A DNA stretch of 54,937 bases, the filler included, from Streblomastix strix (taxonomy: Eukaryota): assembly GCA_008636045.1 (NCBI GenBank). It is 2 parts of 2 records of this genome, joined end to end, with 100 filler letters (N's around TTAATTAATTAA, not from the genome) between each part and the next. Parts side by side here need not be neighbours in the genome. Positions count along the whole stretch, not along the records: positions 27,523 to 54,937 come from SNRW01000144.1; 1 more part is not named here. The stretch is one strand, 5' to 3'. How positions within the stretch are numbered: the stretch's first letter is position 1; each line of letters starts with the position of its first letter. Positions 32,834 through 47,700 of the stretch are shown in pieces. A program made the translations under genes and the position numbers. Below the pieces are notes generated by a model. That model saw nothing but the letters and a program-made list of their open reading frames with translations. It was not told the origin of the DNA and ran no database searches.

Positions 32834-35800
32834 TCAAATTGCATTTTCATTAGCATTCACCTTTTATTGAGAAAGTTATTCCAACTATTATATCTAAAAT
32901 TGCTGTTGTTTTTCTAATTCCATCATCTTTTACTCAAGAAGGTCTAAATCGCCGTCTTATAAACCAAATTATTCAATTTATTATTACATCTCTTCAATTT
33001 ATTATAATTTCTACTGAATAATTGATTATTATTGAATTTATTATTCAATTGTTGATGTTTTTTGAGGAGAATTTTTTAAATTATTTGATAATGATATTTC
33101 AAATTAATTTAATTGAGAAGTTTGAAAAGGAGATGAAGAATCAACAGTTTATCTATTTTAATGAGTTTAATGTTATAAAGGTGTATATTACTATTACATA
33201 GAAGTGAAAGAAGAAATATTTGGAGATTAAACAGGAGGAGTAGAGAGAGGAGGATTTTATATTGATGGTTATGGTTTAAGAAGAGGAAGTTATTATTATT
33301 ATTATTTGGATAGAGTAGATGAAGGTATTATAGTATGTGCTAAAAGATTAGATGGAGCAGGTAGTAATGGAGTTTCATCTTATGATTTCTCTATTTATGA
33401 ATTGTACTATGTCAATTTAACTCCAGAATTCTATTTAGGATTTCGAGATTATTGAATTGGATTATATTAAAACGATTAATTTGGATTAATTTATTATTAT
33501 AAGTGTTATTATTATTTCTATTGTGGATTTATTTAGTTTTACATTTATATCGGAATTGGCATTTATAATTATGATTATATATATCTATATTATTATTATA
33601 ATTATTATAATTATTATAATTAAAGAAGAAACTGCTACTGATAAATGGATTACTATTAAGGTTATTTTTATTGCTGTTATTGTTAATTATATTATTAATA
33701 TTCAATTTATTATTATTATTATACTGAAGTATCATTAACAGATAAAAGCTATGGAGACTGAGTAATATTAGGAGAGTGAAGAGGAGATACAACAGAAGGT
33801 GAATTTGAAGGATATATTGAAGATGATTGAGGAAATAGAGAAGATGCAGATGCTGATTATGAAGATGAAGATGAGGATTAATGAGGAATATTTGTATCAA
33901 TCTTAGATTGTTATAATTAATTCTTATTTGAAACAGATTTTGTATTAATAAATTATTTATTCTATTCTTATAAAGTTTCTTTAATACTTTCTATTTCTTC
34001 TTTTTATAATTTCTTTTCTTGTTATACAATAGTAGTTGTGTTTTTAATAATATTGCTATTTGGAACAATAAGTTAATTAATAATATTTTTATTATCTTTA
34101 AGTCTTTTAGGAACAAATATTGGAGCATCTAATCTTGGTTTCATTGTATTAACTTTTGTTTATGTAGGTGTTGAAGAAGATGTAGAAGGAACAGAGGACT
34201 ATAATTATGTAGTTGATGCAAGTTAAGATTATGGAATTGTTTAAGAAACAGAAGACTATGAAGAAGATTGTTAAGCAGATTAAGAAGGTATTGGAGTTTA
34301 ATTAGTAATAATATTTGTAGATTCATTATTGTTAATGTTATTGTTCTCATTCTTTTATTATTTTTATTCGTTTTATTTATTAGATTAGTTTTTATACACA
34401 ATAGAAGTATGTGAAGAAGAAGAATATGTAAATTGAGATTAAGATGATGAAGATTAAGCTGAATTATTTTACTGTTATTAAGATTAATGTGATGAATAAG
34501 TAAATAAAGATTATTAAGGATGGGAAGAGTATGAAAATGGAGTTTAAGATTATTAAGATGGTAATGAAGATACTGAAGTTGATTACAATGATTATTATAA
34601 AGTATTAGAGGGAATTTGATTTGAAGGATAAAAATTAAATGGTTATGTTTAAGAATTAGAAGATTGTGAAGATGAAGAAGATGAAGATGAAGAAGGTGGT
34701 TAATAAACAAATTAAGGAGGTATTAATGTTGGAGTGACTGGATTTGGAGAAATATTATCATTTTATTATTGTTATAATTGCTGTTGTTGCTGCAGTTGTC
34801 TTTCTTAAATTTTTTATAGTTCTTATTCTCTATCTCTAATTTGTTATTATAATTGTATTTATTATTATATTTCTTTTTCTTTCTATTTTTATATTTCTTT
34901 TTCTTTTTCTTTTTCCTTCTCTTTTTCTTTTTCTTTTTATAATTCTAATTATTTCTGCTTCTCTTTTTGTTATTATTATATTTATTATTACAATAATAAT
35001 CGTTATTAAATTAATTATTTTCTTGGATCTGGAGGTTTTGGTGGTAATTAATCTTTTAATATTACTTTTGGAGGCTCTGGTAAATAGTTTGGAAGTTTTG
35101 GGACTAAATTAATATTTATATCTGGTTGAGATGATATAATTGTAGATTAAGAAGTAGATAATAATGTATTTTATTATTATTTATTAGTATCTGGTAAATG
35201 ATGTTTATTTTGCATAGTAACAGATTAAGAAGTTGAATAAGGTTATTGTATTAATTAAGAAGTAGAAGCAGGAGTAGAAGTAAGAGTTTGAAAATCTGAT
35301 AATGATTGTTATTAATTGATTATTTTATTTGTATTTGGCATTGAAGGGCGAGGAGGATATATATTTTATGATGAAGTTACAGAAGAAGAATTAATTGATA
35401 CTTATGTTTGTGGATTTAAATTATCAGATTTATTATCTTTCTGATTATTATTCAGTTATTAGAAATTGTCTCCTTTTTCTTTTTCTTTTTCTTTTGCCTT
35501 TTCTTTGTTTTTTTCTTTTTTCTTTTCCTTCTCTTTCTTTTCAAATCTTTCAGTCTTTTCATTCTTTCCTTACAGTTATTATAAAGCTTTTGTCCAAACA
35601 TCGTCTTATTAACCTTATTGCTATGGTTATTAAGAAGATGATTAAGAAGAAAATTGCTAATTTTATTATTATTTATTTTATTGTTACAATTGAGATAATT
35701 ATAAAGATGCTGATTATTATTAAATTTATGATTAAATTTATGATTAAGTTTAATATTATGATTAAGTTTAAGTTTAAGATTAAGTTTAAGATTAAATTTA

Positions 35801-38800
35801 ACTTTATTTTTATGTTTATGTTAATGAGAGATCTTAAGATTAAGATTATGATTAAGTTTATGACTAAAATTAGCTTTCAGGTTGATATATAAATGTTCCT
35901 TTAATAGTTTAACCAGGAATATAATTATACGAATCATAATGAGATGAAGATTATTATTATGCGACAGAAGTAACTGAAGAAACATTGGATAATGAAGATG
36001 GTATTGAAATTGAATTAGTTGAAGATGAAGATTTAGAATCTGATGTTTAATTTGAAGAAACAGATTATGTTTAAATAGGCTAAGCAGGAATATATTTATC
36101 AAATGTATTAATAGGTGCTAAAGGTTGTTAAACATTTGAATATTTATTATATGCATTCCCAAGGTTATAATCATAATATGATTAATTATAATTTGATGAA
36201 GTAGAAGAGGATGATGAAGATGATGATTATGGAACAGTTTATGAAGAATTGGATGGTGTTAATGAAGAAGATGCTGATGGTTACTATTTTGGTTCATATT
36301 TATAGAATTACTCATTTGCATTCTAATTATAATAATTCTATTTCTTATTATAATACGAATATGATGATGGTCTGGATTAGTACTACTAATAATATTATTG
36401 CTTTTGTTAATATTCTTCTTCTTCTTTCTTTTATTTTCTTTCTGCTAAAATTTATAAAAATAATTAAAGTTTTTATTGTTCATCCATATCTTCATTCATT
36501 AGTATAGTTGAAATCATTTATTCATGTTATTGCTATTCTTTTTGCTGTTATTTTTTGTCTTCATCATCATCTTGAATTTTATCTAGGCTATATTTATCAT
36601 TCTTCTTCTTCTTTTTTAATTATTGTGATTTATTTATATCTTTAATTTCTTTTTCTATACCAACATCATTGTTTCTTCTTAAATTCAAATTTTCATTTTA
36701 ATTCTTCTTCTTTAAGTCAAAATATTAATCATTTTTTCTTCTTTCTTCGTATTCATCGTTATTATATACTTTTTCCTCTTTGTTTTATTTATTATTTTAT
36801 TTATTTTTCTCTTTTTAATTCAAAATCTAAGATTAAAGCAACTTTTCACTCTCTTCTTCTTCTTCCTCTTCTTATAAATCTTCATCTTCTTTCTCTTATT
36901 TATCTTCTTCCTACTCTTGATCATCATTATCTTCTTCTTCTTCTTAAGCTTATTCTTCTTAAGTTTATTCTTCTTATTCTTCTTCTTATTCTTCTTAAGT
37001 TTATTCTTCTTATTCTTTCTCATCGTCTTCTTCTTCTTATTCATTTTCTTCTTATTATTCTTCATCTTCTTTCTCTTATTCATTTTCTTCCTATTAATCT
37101 TCATCATCATAGTCTTCTTCTTCTTCTTCTTCTTCTTCATCTTCATCATTTCCTCCTTTTTTTCTCTTTTCTAATCTCCTATTAAATCTGTCTTCCTTTA
37201 TTTTAATTTGATTATTTTTAAATTTCTTATTTTTTTATTTCTATTTCTATTTATTTATTAAACTTTACTATTATAATTCTTGTTTTCTATTCATTCTGAT
37301 ACTTTTCAATTCTTTTTTTGTTAATTTGTTAACTTAAACTTTTTTACTTTCTTTATTATCACCATTAACTAAATATTTATCTTTATCATTTTCTTTCCTT
37401 TTTTCTTATTACTAATCAACAGATTCTTCACAATCTTCACCATTTTCTTTTTACACAGATTATTAATCTTTACTTCCTTTATCTTTCTTCTCATTTTATC
37501 TTCTTTCCTTCTCAGCTAACAACCTTTATCTTAATTGTTTTAAATTTCATATATGGTATTTTGTTTATTAATGATGGAGAAGTCTTTAAATAATAATGAA
37601 TAATAAATAATGATAAAATAATAAGCAAAACATACTAATCAGGTGTATAGTAAGTAATTTAACAAAGAAGACAAGTTTATTCTTTTCCTTTATATTAATC
37701 CTTTTTTAGATCATATTCTTTTTATTCTTCTCTTTATTATTATTTATCATCTTCATTTTATTATTATTTATCTTCTTCTATTTCATCATTGTCATTTATT
37801 ATTTCCTTTTAATTTTCTTTCTCTTAAATGTCTAATTCATCATTTTTTCTTTTAACCGACTTACTTTTCAGTTCTTTAAATATAAATCAATTTTTTTCTT
37901 TTTTACTCTTTTTTTTAATGTTTTTTTCTTTTTCATTATTATTTTTTTCATTTTAATTATATTCGTCATTTTATTATTTATTTCTATCATTATTTTCTTT
38001 CTTATTTTTCCCTTTATCTTTCTCATCATCAATATCATATATATCTTCTTTCTATAATTTGATATTTTCTAATATTTCAACATCCATTTCCTTCTCTTCT
38101 TCTTCTCCATCATCATCATCATCTTCTTCCTATTCTTTCTCTCCTCCAAATTATTTCCTCAATTAACTTTAAACAATCATTTATTGTCTCATTCTCTTTC
38201 TTCTTGCAGAGATTGACGAAGAAGAATTCTTTGAATGACTCATGGTTTATAATACAACAGAATCATACATTGAAATTTGTTACTATTAAGATTAATTGTC
38301 GGTTATATTATTATTACTATTATTTATATTCAATTATTTATCTATTTCAATAACTTCATCTTTATCATTTAAAAATTCAATTAATAATTAATGTTAATTA
38401 AATTAATTATATTCTTCCATCTCTTTATCTTTTTCATTTTCTTATTTTTTTATATCTTTTCCATCTTTCTTTCTTTTTTCTTCTAATTTTTTCTTTTCTT
38501 TTTCTTATTCTTTCTCTTTTTCTCTTTATTTGGACAATTATTATAATTATTTAAAATATTTATAATTATTTAATTATTATATAGAAGGGAACATTTAAAG
38601 AAGCTATTTTATTTTATCATCCTTTAAGTAACATAATAATATAAAAATGATTATAAATATAAGAAAAAATTAATATTCAAACCTTATTATCAATAATAAT
38701 CATTTCTACTCCTTATTTTTCCCCTAATCCTCCAATTTTTTCTTTTTATTTTTATTTTTATAGTTTTTATTTCCCTTTTTTATTCATTTTATTTCTTTCT

Positions 38801-41092
38801 GGAAATTGAACATTAAATTTAATATATAAATTTCCTTTGTTTTCTTTAATATTATTTTATTTTATATACTCTCTTTCTTTTCTCTCAAACTATTACCTTT
38901 CTCCATATTCATATGTTTTGTGTTTATGATGAAGAGGTAAAAATCCAATATTTCTTATTCCTCTATCATATGCAATTCAAATATTTATATTTAAATATAA
39001 AATTAATTAAAAATAAATAATAATAAATAACATATATAAATTTATTTATTTATTTATTAACCTAAAATCTCCAGGTTTGATAATATCTCCCTAACGAGTC
39101 TTTATCTAATTTAAATATATAATATGTTTATATAAATATGAATATTAATCTTTTATTCTGTTTTTCTTTATCTCTATAATGTTAATAATAATCCATTACA
39201 TTAGAAATTAAAATAAAATACCAAAATTTTCCTTCCATCTAATAATATTAATTAAAATTATATTCCACACAATGCTTCTTTAATATTAATTTCTTTTTCA
39301 AATATTATGTCTTATCCTTATCTTTTATATAAATTATGTTATTCTTCCTATTTAATAATATATAGAAATTATGAATAAGTTCATTTAAATAAATTAATAT
39401 GTATATGATAATATGAATAAAATTGAGAAAATATATTTCAAAAGAAGAAAATTAATCACAAAATTAATACTATTTCAAACTTTAATTGTTATTTTCAATG
39501 AACCTGGTTTCTTTTTATATTTATATTTCTTCTTCTTTTTTTCATTTTCATTTTCCATTTCTTCATCATTCTTTTATAATAATATAAAAATAATAATAAT
39601 GAAATTATTATATAAAAATATAAATTAAATAAATAAATTATAACTATCTTCTAAAAGTTTCATAAAAATGTTTATAAAATAAATAAATCAAACATCGCTA
39701 ATATCTTCTTCTTTAATATCATTATCTTTGACTTGGTTTCCTTCTCCTTCAAATGTCAATGTGTCACCATCTTATTATCCTGGCTGTAAGTATATTAATA
39801 CAAGTATAATAATAATAATAAATAAGAAATTGTTTTTCTTTAATATATTTTCATAAAAAAAAATAATAAAACCTAAATGAAAACTGTAAATTCTTTTTCA
39901 ATTGTTAAAATTTTTTCACCGGCGCATCTATTTCATTATATAAAATAATAAAATTAGTATATGTTATAATAAATAAAGTAATATTTAATATATTATCATT
40001 TTAATTTATCCTAACTTTTTACATCTATCTTTCTCTTTAACTACATTTCCTGTTCCATGGCATCTATGCATAATATAATAACGAATTATAATAAATAATT
40101 AGTAATTATAAAAAAGTTAAATCTTATTCATATTATTATTAATATCAGTATATTGTATATAGAATGAATACTTATAGCATGTTTATTCACATCTTTCAAT
40201 AACCCCTCTGCCAATCAATTTATGTGTAACTCAAGTTCCAGTTCCATTGCATTCCTACATATTATTAGAATAAATAAAATATAAAACAATCTGTATACAT
40301 ATGCATTAATTAACGATACAAACTTGACAAGGCCTTTTACTTGCAATTTTCATTGCTCCTCTTCCTTTACATTCTGGACATATTATTATCTGTAAAAATA
40401 CAATTGATTATTATTAATAATAATCTATAAATAATATATACTTATTAATAAGTTATCTTCTTTTCAATTCCACAGTAAAGTTCTTCTAAAGTCATTTCTA
40501 GTGAATATTCTATATCCATTTCTATTTTCTTTTTCTTTTCTGAGTTTGAGGAGCGAGTAAATGGGAACTGTTTTAATGATAGAGATAATAAATATTAGTA
40601 TCAGAGTGAATAAATACATCCATATTCATAAAAATATCCTTTTGATAGCATAAACATAATAAATATTAAACTAACTTCCCCTTCTCCAAAAATTGCATCA
40701 AAAAGTTCATTCCCTTGAGTCGACTTGAACATTGACGAGTCTTTCATATATTTCTCTCCACATCTGTATATTTTTTAAAAATTATAATCTTTAAAATAAA
40801 TGGAATCAAACTCAGAATAAATTCTTCGAGCTGTGGGATTTTTGAGAGTATTGTATGCAAATCGGAGCTCTTTAAACTTCTCGTCCGTCTTGGTATCGTC
40901 TCGCTAATAAAAGAAGAATAAATAAAACATGAAAAATTAATAATGAAAAAATATTAAAGTTCATACATTCTTCCCTGGCAGATACTAGAGCGCTTTTCGC
41001 CTATATGCATGCTCGACCTCCTCATTCGATGCCCCAGGCTACACACCGAGGACTTCGTATAAATGAGTATCAATACTACTACGCTTGTTCAT
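32834..41092 (-). CDS. Type-I DnaJ/Hsp40-like multi-exon gene with a very long low-complexity C-terminal extension (could be two genes or a pseudogene)
   Basis: J domain LYEVLGV...AYRRKALQYLPGKN...EKFKELRFAYNTL. Zn fingers CPECKGRG, CQ/ECNGTG, CY/RCHGTG and CKK/CAG. C-terminal domain motifs PGQQDGD, IKEALCG and GNLYIKFNVQFP. An E/K/Q/S/P-rich frame ends at TGA 32834-36. Confidence 0.7.
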
Positions 41093-41792
41093 TAATACTA
41101 TTAAAAAAATTAGGATTAAATGTTTAATAAGGTCTAAGAATGAAATAGATAATTTTTTCTTGCATCCCCACGCGCGGTTCTTAGTTAATTATGATATTAT
41201 TAGTAAATATATTACTATACTAAAACATGTTAATTATTCACACATACAGCTCGTTTGCAACAACAGAGCGGTGGAAAAAAGTAAAAACTAGATTTTCACA
41301 ATTTCTGCACCATTGCATTTTTATGCTATTATTCATATATAGGCAATATAAATTAAATATTTACTTAATGAAGATTATGATTTTTAATTATTTCTTTCGT
41401 TATAATAATTTTTCAGGTTTTTTTCTTTTTATTTAACGATTTATCCAACATTTTACTAAATATAACCTTCAGCTTTTGTTCATGGCTAAGCGTTCTTCAT
41501 GAATGCAGCAAAATTTATCATTCTTATTTACTTTAACTATTTTATGGTAAAATAAAAAACTTAATTTGAATTTAAGTTATTTTAATAATTAAAATATAAG
41601 TTAAATCAACATACATTAACAATCACATTATATCATGCAAATAGCATATATAAGTATTGTGGTATATACAAATTTTAAACAACAATTTCCGATATAATTA
41701 AAATATTCCAATCACTTTTAATTTTGTTTTTTACTTTCTTTTTTCCTTTATTTTTCTTTTTTTTTTCCTTTATTTTACTATATTTGCAGATT

Positions 41793-44700
41793 ATGCGCTT
41801 CAGCTTTCTTGTCTTGGCCTTTTTACTTATTCTACCAGCGACTTGTGAGAGTAGAAACTACACACATATTAAACTCGTAAAGGAGAATGCCGTTGTTAAG
41901 CCATAAAACCTTGACCCCTGCCAGAATAGTAGCCCAGTTTCGTCTGGTACTTGCGAGTGCACTTCTGCAAATCATCCTACTGGTTGTGTTCCTGTAGCAT
42001 GTGAAAGTTCAACTCAAACTCATCCTTGCTTATGTACTGGAACCGATACTGATACTCCAACATGCGAATGTACTTCTGTTTATCATCAAACTGGATGCAC
42101 ATGTTCAACATCTTACCATCTTGACGGTTGTTCATGCAATATGAAAGCTGGTTAGCAATATTCTCTAGAATAAGGTCTTGCATGCATGAGGAGCATTCCA
42201 GTGTGACTATTATTTTATTAAATTATTTAAAATAAATTATATATATTACAAATTATTTTTGATCACATTTCATTTCCTTATTTATTTAATTATTCATCAT
42301 TTAATTCAGCTCACTTCAAATGAAAAACCAACAACTATAGATCTTCTTAAGAACTATTTATCTGGATATGTATTCCTTGACACCAGTTTGAATCCACCAG
42401 GTGCTCCAATTGGATATGGTAAACATGCAGTTGATATTATGGGCACTCTTGATGCTATTGGTGCAAATGAATCATATACAAATACATTTGATTTCTATGA
42501 AGACATTATGGTTATTCTTAACAACCTCAAAGATCCACATACAATATTTACTCCACCTTGTATATAAAAATTCATCTATCTCGTTGTTGGGCTACAAATT
42601 CACAAGAATACAACAGATTCTTCATATTATGTTACATCAGGTTAGTATGAAGTTAAATATATCAATTGGCAAGGTAATCTTATTTATAAGAATGAAAATG
42701 AGTTAAATGAAGGAACTCAAGACCCAATTTATGCTATTTCATAATTTGCAGATGAAGAAGTATCTATATCTAAGAATCCAATTACAAGATTGAATCAAGC
42801 ACTTAAATATAATTTATAGTAAAGATCTGCACAACAATTCAAACATCCTGATTCAAATCAAATAACAATGCAAGTTATTGTTCCAGCAGATCCTTCAGGT
42901 ATTTATACAAGTACGAGTATTGTTTAAGTATATGCATCTGGAGATGTTGGCTAATTAAAAGATGAATGTCCACTCAATTCAGGATATTCAATTCTAGGAT
43001 CATATGGAAATAAAGATGGAATTTGGATGAAAATTAAGATTGAAGGAAAGAAAATATTGAATAAAACACTTCGATAATTAAATGGATTAATGAAAAGAAT
43101 GAAGAAGAACGATGATGAAAATGAGAAAAGAAGACATTTTGAAGAATTAATGCATAAACTTGATGAAGAATAAACAAAGATAACTCGAGATATTGAAGAA
43201 ATAATTCATCCAAAACCACTGATTCATGACTTATAAGAATTTGATAAGAATTTAACAACTCGCTATACTAATTAAGATGATATTATTACATTAATCAATA
43301 TTGCATATAAGACAGAAATAAATGATGAACCACTTTAATTTGAGAAACTCCTTACTTATTCAGAGAGTGGATCAGATCAAGTTATTGCATATCATATTCC
43401 ATCTCTAGATCTTGGTGTATTGGTTATAACAACTTTTGGCCCTGATAACTTAGATTCATTTGCATAGGCTATTTTCGATGCTATAAAAGAGTTCACAAAT
43501 TCAAGCGGTACTCATAAATCAAGTAAACTCATGATTGATGTCAGAGGTATCAATTATTTTTATACTTATTTTAATATATTTATATTTATATTTATATTTT
43601 ATATATTCGCAATATATATTTATTTTATTTATTATATTAAAGGCAACGGAGGAGGTAAAGTTGTTGCAGGAAGACAGACTCTTAACTTCATATTCCCATA
43701 AGCTGGACATCCAATATATCAGACAGTCGATTAAATGAAAACAACATCCAATAACGAGCTGACTAAATACATGGCATACGCTTCAAGCAACTGGTTAGAC
43801 ACAGCTGAAATTGCACTTGATGTAGAAACTATGCAAGGAATGTCAACTTTCTATACACAAGGTAATAGAAAAAGAACAACAACATCACCAACCAATACAA
43901 GTAACACACTTACAGTTGACTTAACAGATAAATATGTATTGTATATGGGAAATAATGATTTTTATCTGAATAAAACTACAGATTGGAGTTTGAAGAGGAA
44001 AGAATTATTCTCCCCTGAGAATGTTCTTGTTATCACTGATGGTGTTTGTGGTTCAACTTGTTCATAGTTTGTGAAACACATTGGAGAGAAACATCTTGGA
44101 AGGGTTTGATTATTCATTAATAAAACTTTACTAATTTTTTTACATTATTTAATTTTTGATTATTCTTTACTATTTAATTAAATTTAACTATTTATTTCAA
44201 CTTAATATATATTTATTCTTTTAAATTTATGTAACACTTTTTATTTCTCAGGTTGCAGGGATTGGATTGCTAAATCCATTAGATCTTCTTGCGAGGTTTG
44301 ATATTGGAATGGCTACATCTGCTACAGTCACCAATGTAGAGTCTATTCAATTGATTAAATAAGATCCATATTATGATTAAGCATTCTTAAACATAGATAA
44401 AACTAAGCTTCCTAATAACCTCTTCAGAAGTGGAACAAGACTAACATATTCAGATCGAGGTGGATATGGATTCACAGAAGAATCAAAAGAATCACTTTAT
44501 GAATATTATATAGTTGATCCTGATTTCAGAGTAGAACATGAACCATATAATGATGCTAATAATGATATTAGTAGAATATAATTATACCAGGAAGTTCTTC
44601 AATAAGAGGATTAAATTCTCAGTAGCACTACAGGATAACCTAAGAAATGTCTTTCTTGGGAAGTTGACTTTGATGGTGCTGCTGACAAAGAAAACTGTAA

Positions 44701-47700
44701 GGCATGTATATAAAATGATCCTTATGCTATATATGGACATCCTTGTAGCACTAGAGGACAAAAAGAAATTGATGGATCATCGACAATTGGTGTTGTTGAT
44801 TCTCACAGCTGCATATTCTCACATTGCAGAGTTGGTTACTATAGAAAGAAGGTTGTGATTGGTGGAGAAATGAAATAGTAATGCATTTAAATTCCTTTGG
44901 GACCAAATCAAAATGAAATTGATATCACTCCTAATAAAACTTTAGATATAATAACTGATTCTGATATCTGTTCTTGCTCTCTATAACTAATTGGGTCAAC
45001 AGAATAACCAAATTTTTGTTCATGCACAGAAGATTATGACTTAGATGACTGCATTCTTCAATAATGTAAAAGTAATACCCAAAATTATCCATGTTTATGT
45101 ACAGGATCAGATGTTGATACTCCAAATTGTATTTGTTCAGAGAGTAATTTAGACTCCATAGTAGAAGGAAGTTGTACATGTGATACTGATCATCATCCAC
45201 CAAATTGTCTTTGTGCTTCAAATAATGACATCAATTGCGTATGTTCAAAAATTGGTGAGCCCAAGGACTGCAAATTACTCAAATGTACTGGAACAACTTC
45301 AGAAAGCCTTCCATGTGAATGTGTTTCTGGTGCTGAACCAACAGGATGTATTTCACTTTGTACTTCTGATTCTGATACTTCTGTAGAAAAAGATTCATGC
45401 ATTTGCACACCATCAAAACATCCTATAAATTGTAGATGTCCAACAGACCTGACTGGAATAGGAATAGAAGCATGCCCTTGTCTTACTTCTGATGATCCAA
45501 GAGCTGGTCTTACTTGTCCAATTACTCGTGTTTGTGAAGATGATGACCAGCTAATGACAAATTGCTTATGTTCAGATGAATTTTCTGTTGGAGTTTGTAC
45601 CTGTACATAGTTATATCATGATGATGAAAGTTGTTTGTGTGATGAAGTAGAAGGAGCATAATATGATCTTACTACATGTTAAGCAACAAAGACGTGTATA
45701 AGTATAGACCCAAATCTACCATTTGGATGCACTCCAGAATGTGATGTTGACTCTACAGAAACAGTGGATAAAGATTCATGCATATGCACAACTTCAAATC
45801 ATCCAATAAATTGTAAATGTCCAACTGATTCAGCGAAATTAGTTGGAATCATTGAAGATCGATGTGAATGTCGTTCAACTGCTGATCCTCGAGCGAATGG
45901 AATATGTCCAGCATATTGTTCAGATGCAAATATTCCATCTCCTGATTGTGTGTGTGATACAAATCCATCTGCTCCTTATCCTCCATTATAATGCTAACCA
46001 ACTAAGCCATGCATTAAAGGTACTTTCACTGATCCACTACCAACAGGATGTACTCCAATTGATTGTATTTCTCCAGAATAAGAGTATGCATGTAAATGCG
46101 CAATTGATAATGATCCACAAGGCTGTATTTGCCCACCAGATTTAGATGGAATATCAATTACTACTTGCCCTTGTCTTAATACTAATGATCCAAGAGCGAT
46201 ATTGGGTGGAACATGTCCTCAATATTGTGAATCAAGCAGAACACCAGTTGGATGTAGATGTGACACAGAATCTATCTCATATGATCCAACAACTTGTGCA
46301 AATGAGCTTAAATGCTAATCAGGTGAATATCCTTCAAAAGATAACTGTAATTGTGATCCAGTAGATGCTGTATGTAAGGCAGGTTAAATTGATCCAACTT
46401 CTCTTTTCTTCCATAACAACAAGATTGATGAATAAAATACAGTAACCATTGATTACAGGAATATTAAAGGCGGATTAGATTATACAGGCAAAACTAAGAT
46501 TACAGACTTCAATCCAATCAATAAGACAGCAAAAGTTGGAGATGAAAAATTCATTATATTACCCGAAGAAAGCTTTGATACATTGAAAACAAGTTAAGCT
46601 CTGAACGATTCAGAAAGTTAGTGCAAATTGGTGGATGATAGTCGAAAGAGTCTACATTATGGTCTGTATGGATACTCAGCGTATGTTTATGCTAATAATA
46701 AGGATATATCACCTTCAATAACTGCACTGCTTAAGAATAGTCCAAACAAGATCAGGTACAGCAATGTTCCATTAGATGAATAGTTTTATTACACAGATAT
46801 TGATATTGAAAAGTCGTGTGAGACAAATAATGCAAATTAATACTTTTCCTTTGGAATGAATAAAGAAGGAATTATTGAAACAGATTGTATTAACAACAGT
46901 AATATTCCTGACGAGGGAGACAAATGCACAGAATCATCAATACCCTTTGAACCAATTTTGAAAGATTATCAGGAAGGACATTTCAGAGGAATAAATGTAG
47001 TTGCTATGAAAGATCTAATTATTCGATTTGGACCTGTGCTTTATACCAATAGCGAAGCTGATTTTGGACTAATCGTTGGATGGCAAAAGATTAAAGTTGA
47101 ATAAAATGCAGACATTAATGAAGATAATTGGGTTGAAGTATAACTTTAGAGTACTGGTGAATATAATCTTGTTAATAAACCAATTAAAACAACTGCACAG
47201 TATGAAGGAATTGTAATTTTCAACAGTTAATGCTTAGACATTTATGCTGAATGCAATCCAATTGAAATATGTAAAAGTAATACCCAAAATTATCCATGTT
47301 TATGTACAGGATCAGATGTTGATACTCCAAATTGTATTTGTTCAGAGAGTAATTTAGACTCCATAGTAGAAGGAAATTGTACATGTGATACTGATCATCA
47401 TCCACCAAATTGTCTTTGTGCTTCAAATAATGACATCAATTGCGTATGTTCAAAAATTGGTGAGCCCAAGGACTGCAAATTACTCAAATGTACTGGAACA
47501 ACTTCAGAAAGCCTTCCATGTGAATGTGTTTCTGGTGCTGAACCAACAGGATGTATTTCACTTTCTAAATGTGTTGATATTACAGCATCAACACCAAATG
47601 AAACTTGCCCATGTCCAACTGATGCAACAAAATTAGCTGATGATCCAAGGAAAGATGGGATTTGTAAACTGGTAGTAGAATAAGTAGATACAACTTAAGA

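Noticed and set aside
33523..37174. Track ORFs rich in Ile/Leu/His/Lys/Phe (for example 33529-33900, 34141-34710, 36820-37149, 36917-37174)
   Set aside because: They are off-frame or antisense shadows of the minus-strand low-complexity ORF read in the wrong genetic code.
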